This document shows, in pieces, positions 39,012 to 51,191 of a stretch of 64,000 nucleotides of DNA. Each line of letters starts with the position of its first letter. The stretch's first letter is position 1. The notes beneath the pieces are model-generated. The model had not been told where the DNA came from. It saw nothing but the letters and a program-made list of their open reading frames with translations, and searched no databases. Made by a program: the position numbers and the translations under genes. Source of the DNA: Callorhinchus milii (taxonomy: Eukaryota); the NCBI RefSeq assembly GCF_018977255.1, contig NW_024704742.1:97218001-97282000 (forward strand), in the 5' to 3' direction.

Positions 39012-39315
39012 CAACAACAACAAAATTACATTTATAGAGCACCTTTCATGTTGGCAGGACTCCCAAAGCGCTGAACAGTCAGATGTCAGAGCCCAAGCAT
39101 GGGGGAGGGGTGGTGTAGGGGTGAGGGGAGGCAGAGAAGTGGGAGGGAGACCAAAGGCACGGTTGAAGAGAAGGGTCTTGAGACTGGCCTTGAAGGATGC
39201 AAGGGAGGAAGCGAGGCGAAGGGACCGTGGGATGGACCAGAGTGTGGGGGCAGAGGCGGGTCAGGCGGGAGACATGGAGCAAGCCGGAGCCTGATGAACG
39301 GAGGGAGTGGGCACG
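39012..39315 (-). mobile_element. L2 3' end
   Basis: L2 3' UTR and (TTG)n tail. Confidence 0.78.
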
Positions 39316-39506
39316 TTGGTAGGGATTGCATGGTAGGCACAAATTCTTGCAGTGTAACATTTTATTTAAGATCAAAATCAAATATCCTAAAAAAATCAAT
39401 ACAAACTAAAACGATGTGTTTCGCAGGAAAAAGATCCAATTTTAAGAACAATTCATTCGTTAATGAAAAAACATTGAAGAATGTGCTGCGATTTTATTGT
39501 ATAAAT

Positions 39507-39823
39507 ATAATAATAATAATAATCCTTGCATTTGATATAGCGCTTTTCACGTCGGGAGGACGTCCCAAAGCACTTCACAGAACACACTGTAAAGTGAATT
39601 GACTGTATATTTGTGGGCGAACGCGGCAGCCAATTGTGCACAGCAATGTCCCACAAACAGTCGTGGATTGAAGTGACCCAATTATTATTGTTTTTTTTCT
39701 TGAGGGATTATTATTAGGCGTGTGGAGTAAGGAAACTTGCCCAAGGTTTCGCCCTCTGCCTGGAATTGAACCCAGGTCTCTCACTTGGAAAGCGAGTGTT
39801 CTAACCACTGAGCTACAGGACTC
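39507..39823 (-). mobile_element. Full-length tRNA-derived SINE with L2-like tail
   Basis: Head GAGTCCTGTAGCTCAGTGGTTAGAACACTCGCTTTCCAAGTGAGAGACCTGGGTTCAATTCC (boxes A and B); tail GGGACGTCCTCCCGACGTGAAAAGCGC..(TTA)n. Confidence 0.88.
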
Positions 39824-41952
39824 CAATATCAGTTCAGACCCTATGTAGTTTGCCTTCTATCTGCTTTTAATGTCATTAACAGGCTTATATAACTTTCTTT
39901 TGATCAGTCGGGTGTCTTACATATGCGGAAACCCATCATTATGCTTGAGGGTATCCAAACCAAACTGGGAGTTCTATGCATCCATACAACTCTGTGCCTC
40001 TGTGTATCAATCAGAGCCTCTATCTCTCCCTGTCATTCACTGAGAGGGACAGACAGAGGTTCCAATGAATAAAGAGAGGCAATTAAAAATATATTTTTTT
40101 GAATTTGTCGCTGACTGTAATGATGCTGGCATCAAATATAACTGAGACATCCCTAAAGATACATTTTGAGGCTTTGTTTCCGCACTTTCGTTAATCTTGA
40201 AACATAATCAAAAGTCAAGAAACTCACAAAAGTTTTATACTTGAGAAAATCAGCTTAAACTTAAAATTCAATACTTTGGGCTGGAGAGGAATCCCAGGCC
40301 CCTTTCCCCCCATCCTTTGGGTCCACTCATAATCCAACATTGACAAGTGCTTTGAGACTCCCTCTCGCCATAAAAGGCACTATATAATTGTAAATCGTAT
40401 TTTAATCTATGTATTTATTTTGCTGGAAATGTAGCAGGCAAAATTGGGCCTATTAAATTGTTCTTATTTTACATATAGCCATATAGACACTAGATGGCAG
40501 CAAGTGAAGACAATATTATTCTTGAACAGATCGGCTTGTCTTCTGGAGGATGGATTGATGTACCTTGTGATAGATTGAAAACAAAAGGCATTATGTCACA
40601 AGCACCAAGACAAAGATGGTGAATATTTGAAAAATAATTCCTTTGTTTCTTCCATTAAAATAATATGGCAGATTTTTTTCGTTTATTTTATTACTTTGTT
40701 AGTTTATTTTCTTTAGTGGTATAATCAATATAGAAATATTTACATATATATTTACATTACATCTTTCAAATAGGAACTTCAGGGAGATTTACGAGTGGCT
40801 CCAGGGAGATTGGAAATTGCATGAGAGCGATGTTACTAAATTTCTACAATAAATGCAGCTGGAACAGCAGTAGGGGTGCTGCAATTGACCTCAGTGCCTC
40901 TGGGCTTGAGAGGGAGGGGAAATGAGCCAGGGTTCATACTCCTGATTGCTATTCAGTGACCCCTGCTGGAAAGTGAGCGTGTGAGCATCAGATCAGGCTG
41001 TCCATGGCTTCCACAGTTGAATAAGCTGCTAATACCTATTGATAAAAATAGCAGTCGTTTCAGTTTCCCTTCATGGGTGAGCTTGACCCTACTCTTCAGA
41101 TTCACACAGAAAAAAATGATTGCTTGAGTGAGGCACTGGATAGCTGCTCTACTCCAGCAAGAGTCAGCGACTGCATAGAAGAGGGAGGAATATAAAAGGG
41201 AATATTTAAGGAAATGCAAGTCTAAAAATTAATAAAAAAGCAATTTTGTTTTTCTTTGATAACTGATTTAAAGTATTGTCTCCTGATTTGAAAGGATATA
41301 AATTAGCAGAGTCCTAAATGTAGTTACTTTTCTTGTAAAATTTATAAACAACGTTTATTAAGGCATTGTGGAGTTCTATAACTTAGTGGTTAGAGCACTA
41401 TCAATAAATTGTTTCTGATTCAGGATATAGCCTGACCTTCCTTGAATTCCCTGATTCCCTGAATCTCCTGGGAGATGAAATTTGTTTCTACTATTGACAT
41501 TGAGAGTTAGTGTTGAATATTTCCAGGTCAGATATGGAGATAAATTCCTTTCACTTTTTTGAGGAATGTAACAAATGCCATCTCAGAAGAGATTTGCCTA
41601 AAAGTAAATAGTTTAGGTTGACCCAGCTATGGCTTTTTGTGGGATACTGCTGTAGGCATATTGACTACCGTATTCACTTACAAATACGCAATCACTTCAC
41701 TTTGTAGTAAATCCTGAGAAGTGCTTATCATGCCTTGACAACAATAAATAATAATAAATAATTATCCTTAATAGATATTCAATATAGCATATAATATATA
41801 AAAAGACAACAATTATTATTATCTTAATACAGTATAATATGTATATCTTTGACAAATGCTGATAGAATGATATTCAAAATCTGTTAGGTATATAGGGGAA
41901 TAGGAAGCCATTCAGCCCATCAAGCCTGTTCCTCAAATTTATTATATCTTTA

Positions 41953-42375
41953 GGTGTCAGTCCATATCAGTCGGCAGCATTCTCCCCTCTCAGTCAGTAG
42001 GTTGTGGATTCAAGCCCCAAGTTCAGACTTTGAGCTTACAGTCTAGGCCAACACTCCCAAGCAGTATTGGGGATGTACTGCATTGTTGGAGATGACGCCC
42101 TTCCGATGAGACAATAAACCTAATCTTGACTGCGTGTTCAAGTGGATGGCACCATTCAAAAAGAAAAAAAGATCTCTGTTCTGCCCAACAAGCCTCCAGA
42201 TGAAATTGGTCATTCACTCCATGACTATTTGTGGGACATTGCTGTGCACAAATTGACTGCTGCATTTGCCTAAAAATACACAATCACTACATCTTACAGT
42301 AAAATTCTGTGAAGTGCTTTGGCATGCCTTGATAACTTGATATGGTGCTATATCAAAAGCAAGGATTATTATTAT
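41953..42375 (+). mobile_element. Deu-domain SINE
   Basis: Collinear with 11407-11832 and 48278-48685. Confidence 0.75.
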
Positions 42376-42574
42376 CTTGAAAGATCATTTAATTTAAGCA
42401 TTCGTTATACACCATAATACCTCTACTACCTATCTATTTCTCTTTTAAACATCCCCATTGTTTCTACCTCTACAACTTTCTAGGACAAAGCGTTTCATAT
42501 CCTCATACTCCTGTGTATATGATATATGAGAATACGACATGTCTTATTTTGGATTATAAAGTCTTGCCCCCTTG

Positions 42575-42870
42575 GAATCATAGAATCATAGAATTATACA
42601 GCACAGAAGGAGGCCATTTGGCCCAATGTGTCTATGCCGGCTCTTTGAAAAGAGCTATCCAAATCAATCCCACTCCCCCGCTTTGTCCCCGTAGCCCTGC
42701 AACCTTGTACTAAAGAGAAGAGTCATTCACTGTCCAACATGCCAATTCCTTTAATTATTTTAAATACCTCAATCAAATCACCCCTTAACCTCTTCAGATC
42801 TAAGGAATATAACCCCAGTCTATCCAGCCTCTCATCATAGCTTTGCCCCTTCAATCCAGGTATGAATCTA
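42575..42870 (-). mobile_element. CR1 3' fragments
   Basis: Plus strand shows ATCATAGAATCATAGAAT..CAGCACAGAAGGAGGCCATT, the reverse of a CR1 tail. Confidence 0.75.
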
Positions 42871-45334
42871 GTTATGTTGCCATTTCTGATTCCTTTAAAT
42901 TACTTTTTTAATTTTCTAATTAGAAAGGTAACTGAATGTAAAGTAACTTAAAATAAAACAGTGCATCAAATTCAGTTTTGTTATATGAAAGATTATAGCC
43001 ACTTCGCACTGCAACTTTGATAAGTTATGCAATGCCTCACTTTAAAAATGTGTGATGTATTTAATTCCATGGCATGCAGTTTCATTAATGCATTCTACCC
43101 TTTTATTGTACCAATTATAAAGTGTGATCTGGAATAGATATTTCTGATAAAAGATGAATGATGTGAAATGCTTATTTACAGGGATTCTAGATTTTATCAC
43201 GGCATCAGGCATTAACTAATTATGTTTATAATTTGTTGATTAAAACAGTCACGATTGAAATAACTGAAAATGTTTTTGGATCAACCTTAACCTCGACAAC
43301 CAGCACTATTTCACCCACAAAGCACACAATCAATCCACTTTACAGTATATCCTGTGAGGTGCTTTGAGACATCTCAATAGCATGATAAAACACTATAGCC
43401 ACTATATCAAATCCAAGGATGATGATTATTATAATTATTTCATGAATATTTGGAATCCAAAAAATGCTATTTGGTAGAGCACATTGTATGATGGAATATG
43501 GCAAACTACATCTTATAGATAAATGCAGTGAAGTGGTAGGAAGCCCTCAAAAGTAGTGAGAGGCAAGGTATAAATGAGATAATTTAAGTGAGATAAGTGT
43601 TTTAACACAAAAGTAGGTCATAATTTAAGTTTTATGTGTCAAACTACAGCTACATTCTTCAAGGCGGAAGTACTTTTTCAGCATCTAAATCATTAAATTG
43701 CCTGTGGTTTCAAGCAGAGATAATGTTTTTTTTTAATGATGTCTTGCAAATGTATAATAGTGAATGTTAAACAGCACAATGAGGATAAAATATGTACCTC
43801 ATAGAGTATGCATCTGTTAGTATAGTCTGAAAAAATAAGGAGTCTTATGTTGTGTTCTTCAATTATTTCTTAGGAAAGGGATCAGTTGGTCAACCATTGA
43901 CAGCATTATTTACCAAGAAGAAACAATATCCTTCCTTGTCTTGCTATTCTTTTCTTTCCTTGATAAACAGACAAAGTAGGTAAGCAATAATTAATGGAAA
44001 CCAAAGTATAAAACACCAATTAAGATTGAAACTTAAATCACCCATTCAATAGTCCAGTGTTTTATCACTGTAGCTACCCGAGAACACATCAGACGATGCC
44101 TCACTTCATCAAAATCAATGTATTTGTAACTTTATTTGTTACTGCGCAGATCAACTATCATTTAGTTTAGAGCCTTCAAATGTATTCCTTTTTGCCGCTA
44201 GGTTGATAGTACCAATTAAAAACTGGTGCAAATGGATTTTTAATGTTTGTACCAGTCAATATTTAAATAATAACTTCCTACCAATTGGATACAGTAGATT
44301 CATATCACTGCTTCTGGAACATTTTGAAGTACATGGAAGCTAAATGCTTGAGGGGGTATGGGGAAAGGGTGGGTCAGTTAGGATTGAATGAATGACAGCT
44401 TGCTCTGAGAGCTGGCCCAGACTTGACTGGCTGAATGGCCTCCTTCTACATTGAAAATATCAATGATTCTATTGCACACTTTTTATGATTCACTGCACTT
44501 TTGTGGAAAACATTGTAAATTCAATCACTTTTGTAACTTATTATTGGATTACTCCTTCAAAGCAATTTCTATGGTTTACCTACATTGTCTATTCGCATTC
44601 ATTTGTAATCAATTTATGTTTTATGAGAGGAATTATTTAATTGTAATAATCCTTACTTCAACATAGAGGGTTATCACATCGGAAGAACGCCTCAAAGCGC
44701 TTCATAGGATTTACTGTGAACTGGAGTGTATTTTGTAGACAAACACGGCAGACCAATTGCAGACAGATCCCAATGCCCCCTCTTACAAATCCACATAGCT
44801 GTTTGTGCTAATGGATATAAATGTGATGGGCATATTCTATTGTTCAGGATGTTTTATCTGATTCAAAACAATCATGTAATAATGTTCATCTTCTGATTAT
44901 CCATCATTATAAGAAATCATGAAGCAGTTTTGGAAGCTGAACAATTGATGGGATCTAGAATTTGCTGTTTAATTACATTGCCTGTCAAATTAGTCAATGC
45001 AGCACATCTCTTTATAGAAATAAAACCTTAAAATCTCACCATCTCTTCACAAATGAAACATAAAATAGTTCGACAATGAGCTGCATTTTTCATTTGCCTT
45101 AATTCTTAGCACATGTTGCGTGAGGGTTATCAGTATTATATTTCCAAATAATCTGGGAAATAAATGATTCTGTTCTTCTCTGCTCCCTGTTCTGATTCAA
45201 CAGTTGAAAGAGAAAATACCGAAATTAATTTGACCAGGCATTCCATGTTAATTTTATCTTACTTTTGATACTTTTCTACTGCTGTCCGTCAGTGAATTGT
45301 TCAGAAGTATTTGTTGAAATGTTAAAACGTTGTA

Positions 45335-45668
45335 GAGTCCTGTAGTGTAGTGGTTGAGAGGACCTGAATTCATTGCACAGGTGGGGCAAAACTTTAGGCA
45401 AGTTTCCTTACTCCACACGCCTCTTAGCAGTAAGTAGGAACCTAATTGTAAGTTGATTGGCAGACCACATTCTGGGGGTAATAATCCCTCCAAAAATAAT
45501 AATAGCTCACTCAATCCACGACTGTTTGTGGAGCACTACTGTGTGAAATTGACAGTCACGTTTCACCCCAAACACACAGCTAATTCATTTACAGTACATT
45601 CTGTGAAGCATTTTGAGACATCTCAATGATGGATAAAGCGGTATATCAAATGCAAGGATTATTATCAT
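45335..45668 (+). mobile_element. Older copy of the L2-tailed tRNA-SINE with an extra internal segment
   Basis: GAGTCCTGTAGTGTAGTGGTT head, TTTCCTTACTCCACACGCC body, tail. Confidence 0.7.
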
Positions 45669-47362
45669 TAAAGCACAATATACATTAAATGTAGACTGAT
45701 ACTTTCTCTATTTCTTGATCATTAATTCCATATATTTGGGGTCTATAATGCAGGATTTCTGGTAAAGATTCCTTAATAAGGAATCCCATTGCATCACAGC
45801 TGAACTCCTGTGGGACAGCTCACTGTACTTGCGGAGGTGTTCCCATGTGCACAATTTGGATTCCTTATAATTACCACATTTTAGACCCCATTATTTAAAA
45901 TTTTAAAATTTATTCTGACCATGATACACTTTAAAACTAAATTCATCCATATATATTCTGCATTACTTAAATTATGTGTTTGCTTTTTTTGTACTATTGA
46001 ATAAATCCTGATATTATTATTTTAATACAGGGTAGGGAGGAAAAAACCTTGCAGACTTTATACAAGAGTTTACATTTTTTTATTAAACAATAAAGAAGTG
46101 TGGTAGTTTCTTTATTTACTGTTATTTATTGCATTATTTAATTTCCAAATTGGCAGAACTACAATTAAGAGGCTCAAACGAAACACCTTATTTTAAATGT
46201 TACAATGATATAGTCTCCATTTACATAAAATAATGAGCAGAAACTGTTACCTAGCAGCCCTAATCTTTCATGTATAAATTCTTCTCCTGAACCAGCTTCC
46301 TCCTTTTTTTTAATTGAAGGTCTTGCATATTGCAACATTTACATTTTACATGCATTCAAAAAAAATAAACAGGAAAACTAGAAGCACCTTTTTTAAACCT
46401 GAGAAAGAGAGAAGGTGAGGGTTTTAGCCTGTGGCTGCTGTCAAACATAATTTAATGCCTGGTGCTTTGTTGGGTGACCTTAAATAGAGATGCTTGCCAC
46501 TTGCACTATTATCGTGCTTGGTTTCAATTCATTCTCTAAAGGCATTGGAAGACACAGCTCACTGAAGGAGAGAAACATGAACTTGGTAATAAAGAACAAA
46601 TGTCAAGTAGTGTCAAGATCCCTTTATTCATAAAACTGATACCTCCTCGTGTGCCTGTATTTTTTCTTTGCAGCTGCATTAGCCTCAGAGTTTAGCTGCC
46701 ATGTTCAGGGAAGGATATATTACACCAACCACTGCCTGAGGTATTTTCAATGTTTTTGTATTTGTTTCCAATGATTAGTGCTTATTTAAGCAAATAATAG
46801 GTGAAGAGAGAAGCCTTCGCTAGCCTGACAAGTCAATATTCTCTTGGTAAAGGAGTGTCAGTAAAGAATATTAATGTTAAAGTTAAAGATAATTAAAATA
46901 AACCAATCATTCCTACATGTTATGTTTAAGGCTGTCAAAAATTGACCCTTCTCCCATGATCCCAGTTATCCTGCTTTGTCAAGTATTATGACCTCATTTT
47001 AGCCTCATGCCTGTGTCCAATTACTTCACTTTTGATATTTTGTTTGTTAGCTTAAGATAAGGAGAACTATTAAACATCAATTTTGTGCATTTTGTGCATT
47101 TGTTTAAGAAATGTAATGAAATGTAAAGTTGCACAACATTGAAATATGTAGTACTAGCTGTACCATTGCAGCTAAGCTTGAAAACAAAGGATCCAACATG
47201 GAATGTAGATTTCAGTGATACCACTCACAAACCATTTCACATGCCATAAACACTGTGTACATCTTAAGCAAAACTGCCATACATGTGTGATGAGCTTGTT
47301 TGGATCATAGCTTATGAACAAACAGAAGATCCTATCAAAGCTATGCTAACCAAAGGGGTTTA

Positions 47363-47835
47363 CTGTGTGACCCGGCAACACGCGAGTTAATGCAATCTTG
47401 TGCTTTGTTCTTTGTTCTTCAGTTTCATTGAATTGGCCTTTTTTCTTTTGTCTGGCAATTTAATTTGCACTTGAAAGGCTTGATGTTTATTTTGGCATCT
47501 TTATCTTGTTCCTGCCGCTTGGCGTAGTCTGAGTGCACGCGTGTTGCGTGTGTGCATGCATACGTGCTCTGTGATGCATGATGCCACAGCACCATTGGGA
47601 GTTGGTGTGGCCACCGGGTGTAACTGCAGTGCAAAACACAAAACTGCCATACATCTGTGATGAGATTGCTTAGCTCATAGCTCATCAACGATAGGAGGTC
47701 CCCAAAGAAAAATATGCCCATGACACTCCCAAATGTAAGGCCTTTCCGATGAGGTATAAATCATGTCTCTACATCAATCGGTTATTGAGATCTTGGCTGA
47801 CACAAGGACAGACATTGTTGTTTTATTTATATGGA
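47363..47835 (-). mobile_element. Probable non-autonomous Helitron
   Basis: Minus strand: A|TC 5' end followed by ATATAAATAAAA..TGTCTGTCC, subterminal GC hairpin ACTCG..CGGGT, decayed 3' end CAG|T, no TSD. Confidence 0.55.
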
Positions 47836-48277
47836 TGACTGGAAACTATTATTTGACACAAATAAATCATAAATGTAATACATTATAACTTTTATTAAAA
47901 TAATCTGCTTTAGATGTGTCGTTTCAAATCACTTTTTGAGATTTGGATTTTTTTGTTGTTCAATAAGAAATAGGATTCAGATTAAGAAAATAAAGAAAAG
48001 GTTTGGATTTTTATTTGCATTATATGTTTTCTAATTGTTTCAGGCCGTTTTGTGATACATTGATATGCACATTTTGGATGCCATGTTCAAGTACAAATGC
48101 ATAGACACTCTGCTTCACAGTAAATCCTGTGAAACTCATTGAATAGTCCTCCTAATGTGACAGGAATTATACCAAATGCAAGGATTATTATAATAATTGT
48201 TCATTTTCTTATTCTGATGTTACTGTCATGGAAGATAGTGAGATCATTCAATCACATGGGTCACCATCAATTAATAG

Positions 48278-48685
48278 GTGTCAGTTTGGCACAGTTGGCA
48301 GCACTCTTGTCTCTTGAGTCAGAAGGTTGTAGGCTCAAGCCCCAATACAGGACTTGATCTAGGATGTCACTGTTACAATGCAGTGCTGCGGATATGTTGT
48401 ATTGTTGGAGGTGTAATCCTTCGAATGTGATGTTAAATCAAAGTCCCGTTTGCCTGTTCAGGTGGACATTAAAAATCCATGTCACTACTCAAAAAGAGAA
48501 GGGAAATTCTCCCAGTGTCCTGGCCAACAATAGCCCCAAATAATTTTTAAAAATTCACTTTGTGACTGTTTGCGGGACATTGCTGGGCACAAATGGGCTG
48601 CTGTGTTCATCTACAAATATAGAGCCATTCCACTTCACCATAAAATCCAGTGAAGCTCTTTGAGAAGTCCTCCTCACTCAAAAGG
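48278..48685 (+). mobile_element. Deu-domain SINE
   Basis: tRNA-like head GGTGTCAGTTTGGCACAGTTGG, Deu-like core, shared 3' body. Confidence 0.78.
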
Positions 48686-49548
48686 CATTGGTAAGAGGGG
48701 ATCGCTGAGTGTGCATTAAGGTACTACTAGGGTTTAACCAGTCAAAACTTCACAACTTGCCATGAAGAGAACTGTCTGGCAAGCTTACCATTGCTCAGGT
48801 ACATCCGTCCTGGAAGAGAGTGCATTCCATTCAAGACACAGGGATATTCCCATGCATGTATGACATGCATATGTGGAACTCTCAGTCTGGCTTTGATATT
48901 ATTAAGAATGGTGATGAGTGTGTCCTACATGTGTCAGACACCTGGCTGACTTCAAAAAACTATCTTCAAAAGGTTGTTGATATTTCTAGATTATCTGTTA
49001 TCTGATTTTAGAATTTTTACTTTCAATTTCTTTTCATTGACAAATGTATCTGCTGTGTACAATTAGTAGAGTTAATCTTATCCAATTCTGTGTACAGGTT
49101 ACTGCTTTCAAACTTTGCACTGCAGTTATTTGTCTACAGTTATAGTCACTATACTTTACAGTAATTCCTCTGAAGCCCTGTGAGACATCTCGATAAGGTA
49201 AGGTGCTATATCAAATGCAAGTAATTTTTTTTTACATTATTCAACAACTTATGAATGGATGTACTATGATGAATGATTAAAAACATTCAACAGTTAAAAT
49301 AAACCAATATCTCTTCTCATTAATTATTGATGTAGATGTGCTCTGGCTGCTTCATGTCCCCCACCTTGCTTGCCCCACCATTGGCAGGTGGCCTTCTGCC
49401 ACTCTGGCCCCAACCTCTAGAACTCCATCCCGCAGTCCCTCCGCCTCATCCCTCCCTTGCCTCCTTCAAGACCGATCTCAAGACCCTCCTCTTTGACCGT
49501 GCTTTCAATCTCCCTGCTTCCTCCACTGCCCTCCATCCTCCGCGACCC

Positions 49549-50688
49549 CACAACAACAACAACAACAACAAGATTCCATTTATAAAGCGCCTTTCACGTC
49601 AGGAGGACGTCCCAAGGCACTGCACAGTTGGGTCATGACCCGAGCAGGGGGGAAATGGTCAGGGTGAGGGGAGGGAAGGGAGGGAGCGAGGAGGGGGAAG
49701 AGAGTTGAGAGGGGAGCTGAAGGCATGGTCAAAGAGAAAGGTTTTGAGACCGGCCTTGAAGGAGGAAAGGGAGGAAGCAAGGCGAAGGCACTGGGGGACA
49801 GAGTTCCAGAGCCTGGAGGCTGAGAGGCTGAAGGCCCGGCCACCGATGGTAGGGCGGTTGGGGCGCGGGACGTGGAGCAGACCGGAGCCAGAGGAACGGA
49901 GGGTACGGGCAGGTAAGTAGGGGGATAGTAGGTCGGAGAGGTAGGAGGGAGCAAGGCCGTGAATGGCCTTGTAGGTGAGGATGAGGATCTTGAAATCAAT
50001 CCTCTGGGGGATGGGGAGCCAGTGGAGGCGAGCGAGGGTGGGAGTGATGTGGTCCTGGTGCGGGACAGTACACGAGCTGCAGAGTTCTGAATGACCTGCA
50101 GCTTGTGGAGGGAGGTGGCGGGAAGGCCGGCGAGGAGAGAGTTCCCATAGTCCAGCCTTGAGGTGACAAAGGCGTGAAACAGGGTTTCAGCAGCGTGAGG
50201 GGTGAGGTAATGCCGTAGTCTGGCGATGTTCCGGAGGTGATGGAAGGCGGTGCCAGTTGTGGTGCGGATGTGAGGGAGAAAGGACAGCTCAGGGTCGAAC
50301 AAAACGCCGAGGTTCCTGACTGGCTTTGAGAGGTGGAGAGTGCAGCCTTGGATGCTGATGGTGTCAGCGCCTGAGGTGCGGAGGCGCTGACGTGAGCCAA
50401 TCAGGAGGGCCTCGGTTTTTCGCACGTTGAGCTGAAGAAAGTTGTCTCTCGTCCAGGACTCGATGTCGGACAGGCAGCTGTCAGGACATCGGTGGTCGTG
50501 GAGTTGAGAGTAGAGGAGGAAAGGTAGAGTTGGGTGTCATCCGCATACATGTGGAAGTTAACTCCATGTCTGCGGATGATGTCACCGAGGGGGAGCATAT
50601 AGAGGGTGAAGAGGAGGGGACCGAGGACAGAGCCCTGAGGGACACCACATGAGACAGTGCGGGGGGTGGAGGAGAAGCCATTCGTCGA
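49549..50688 (-). mobile_element. Young 5'-truncated L2 inserted into an older plus-strand L2 tail (49335-49548 resumes near 50692-50770)
   Basis: [18 protein letters not shown], highly similar to 1053-2140; flanks are the two halves of one L2 3' end. Confidence 0.9.
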
Positions 50689-51164
50689 GAATGGCTCAGG
50701 TCTGAAACTCTGTCTGTCCAGCCCCATGTGACGTCCTACCTATACAAATGTAATTTTGTTGTTGTTGTTACTGTATAAAGATGCGGAAGCTGATAGAGAT
50801 GCAGAAGATGTGCAGTGGCAGTGCATTATGATAATAATATATTGTATATTATATATTACTTTTGAACAAAATCTTTTCACTGATTTTCACAGTGCGAGGT
50901 CTTTAATTTAAAAGTTTTTACTGTGAAGGTATTTAAAACTGAGAAAAAGTTCACAAAGAATGTCACAAGTCCTCTGATGATGTGACATTATCGAGATCCT
51001 GGCAAGAACTATATTGCAGAGGCATTTTGTTTAAACAGCTGGGAATCTGACACTCACAGAAATCCCTTATTGTGCTTAAGAGTCTCCAGTTCCAATTGTC
51101 AAGAACTTGCCAAAGAAGAGTTTGCATTTGCTGGTTCTGGAATGTTCAATCATTCCCCTGAGGA

Positions 51165-51191
51165 CACACACACACACACACACACACACAC
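51165..51191. repeat. (CA)n microsatellite
   Basis: About 13 CA units. Confidence 0.9.

Noticed and set aside
39750..39823. tRNA gene
   Set aside because: No acceptor-stem closure; continues into a multi-copy SINE body
40855..41060. GC-richer island possibly regulatory
   Set aside because: Resembles the body of an old shark SINE from memory; cannot be supported either way
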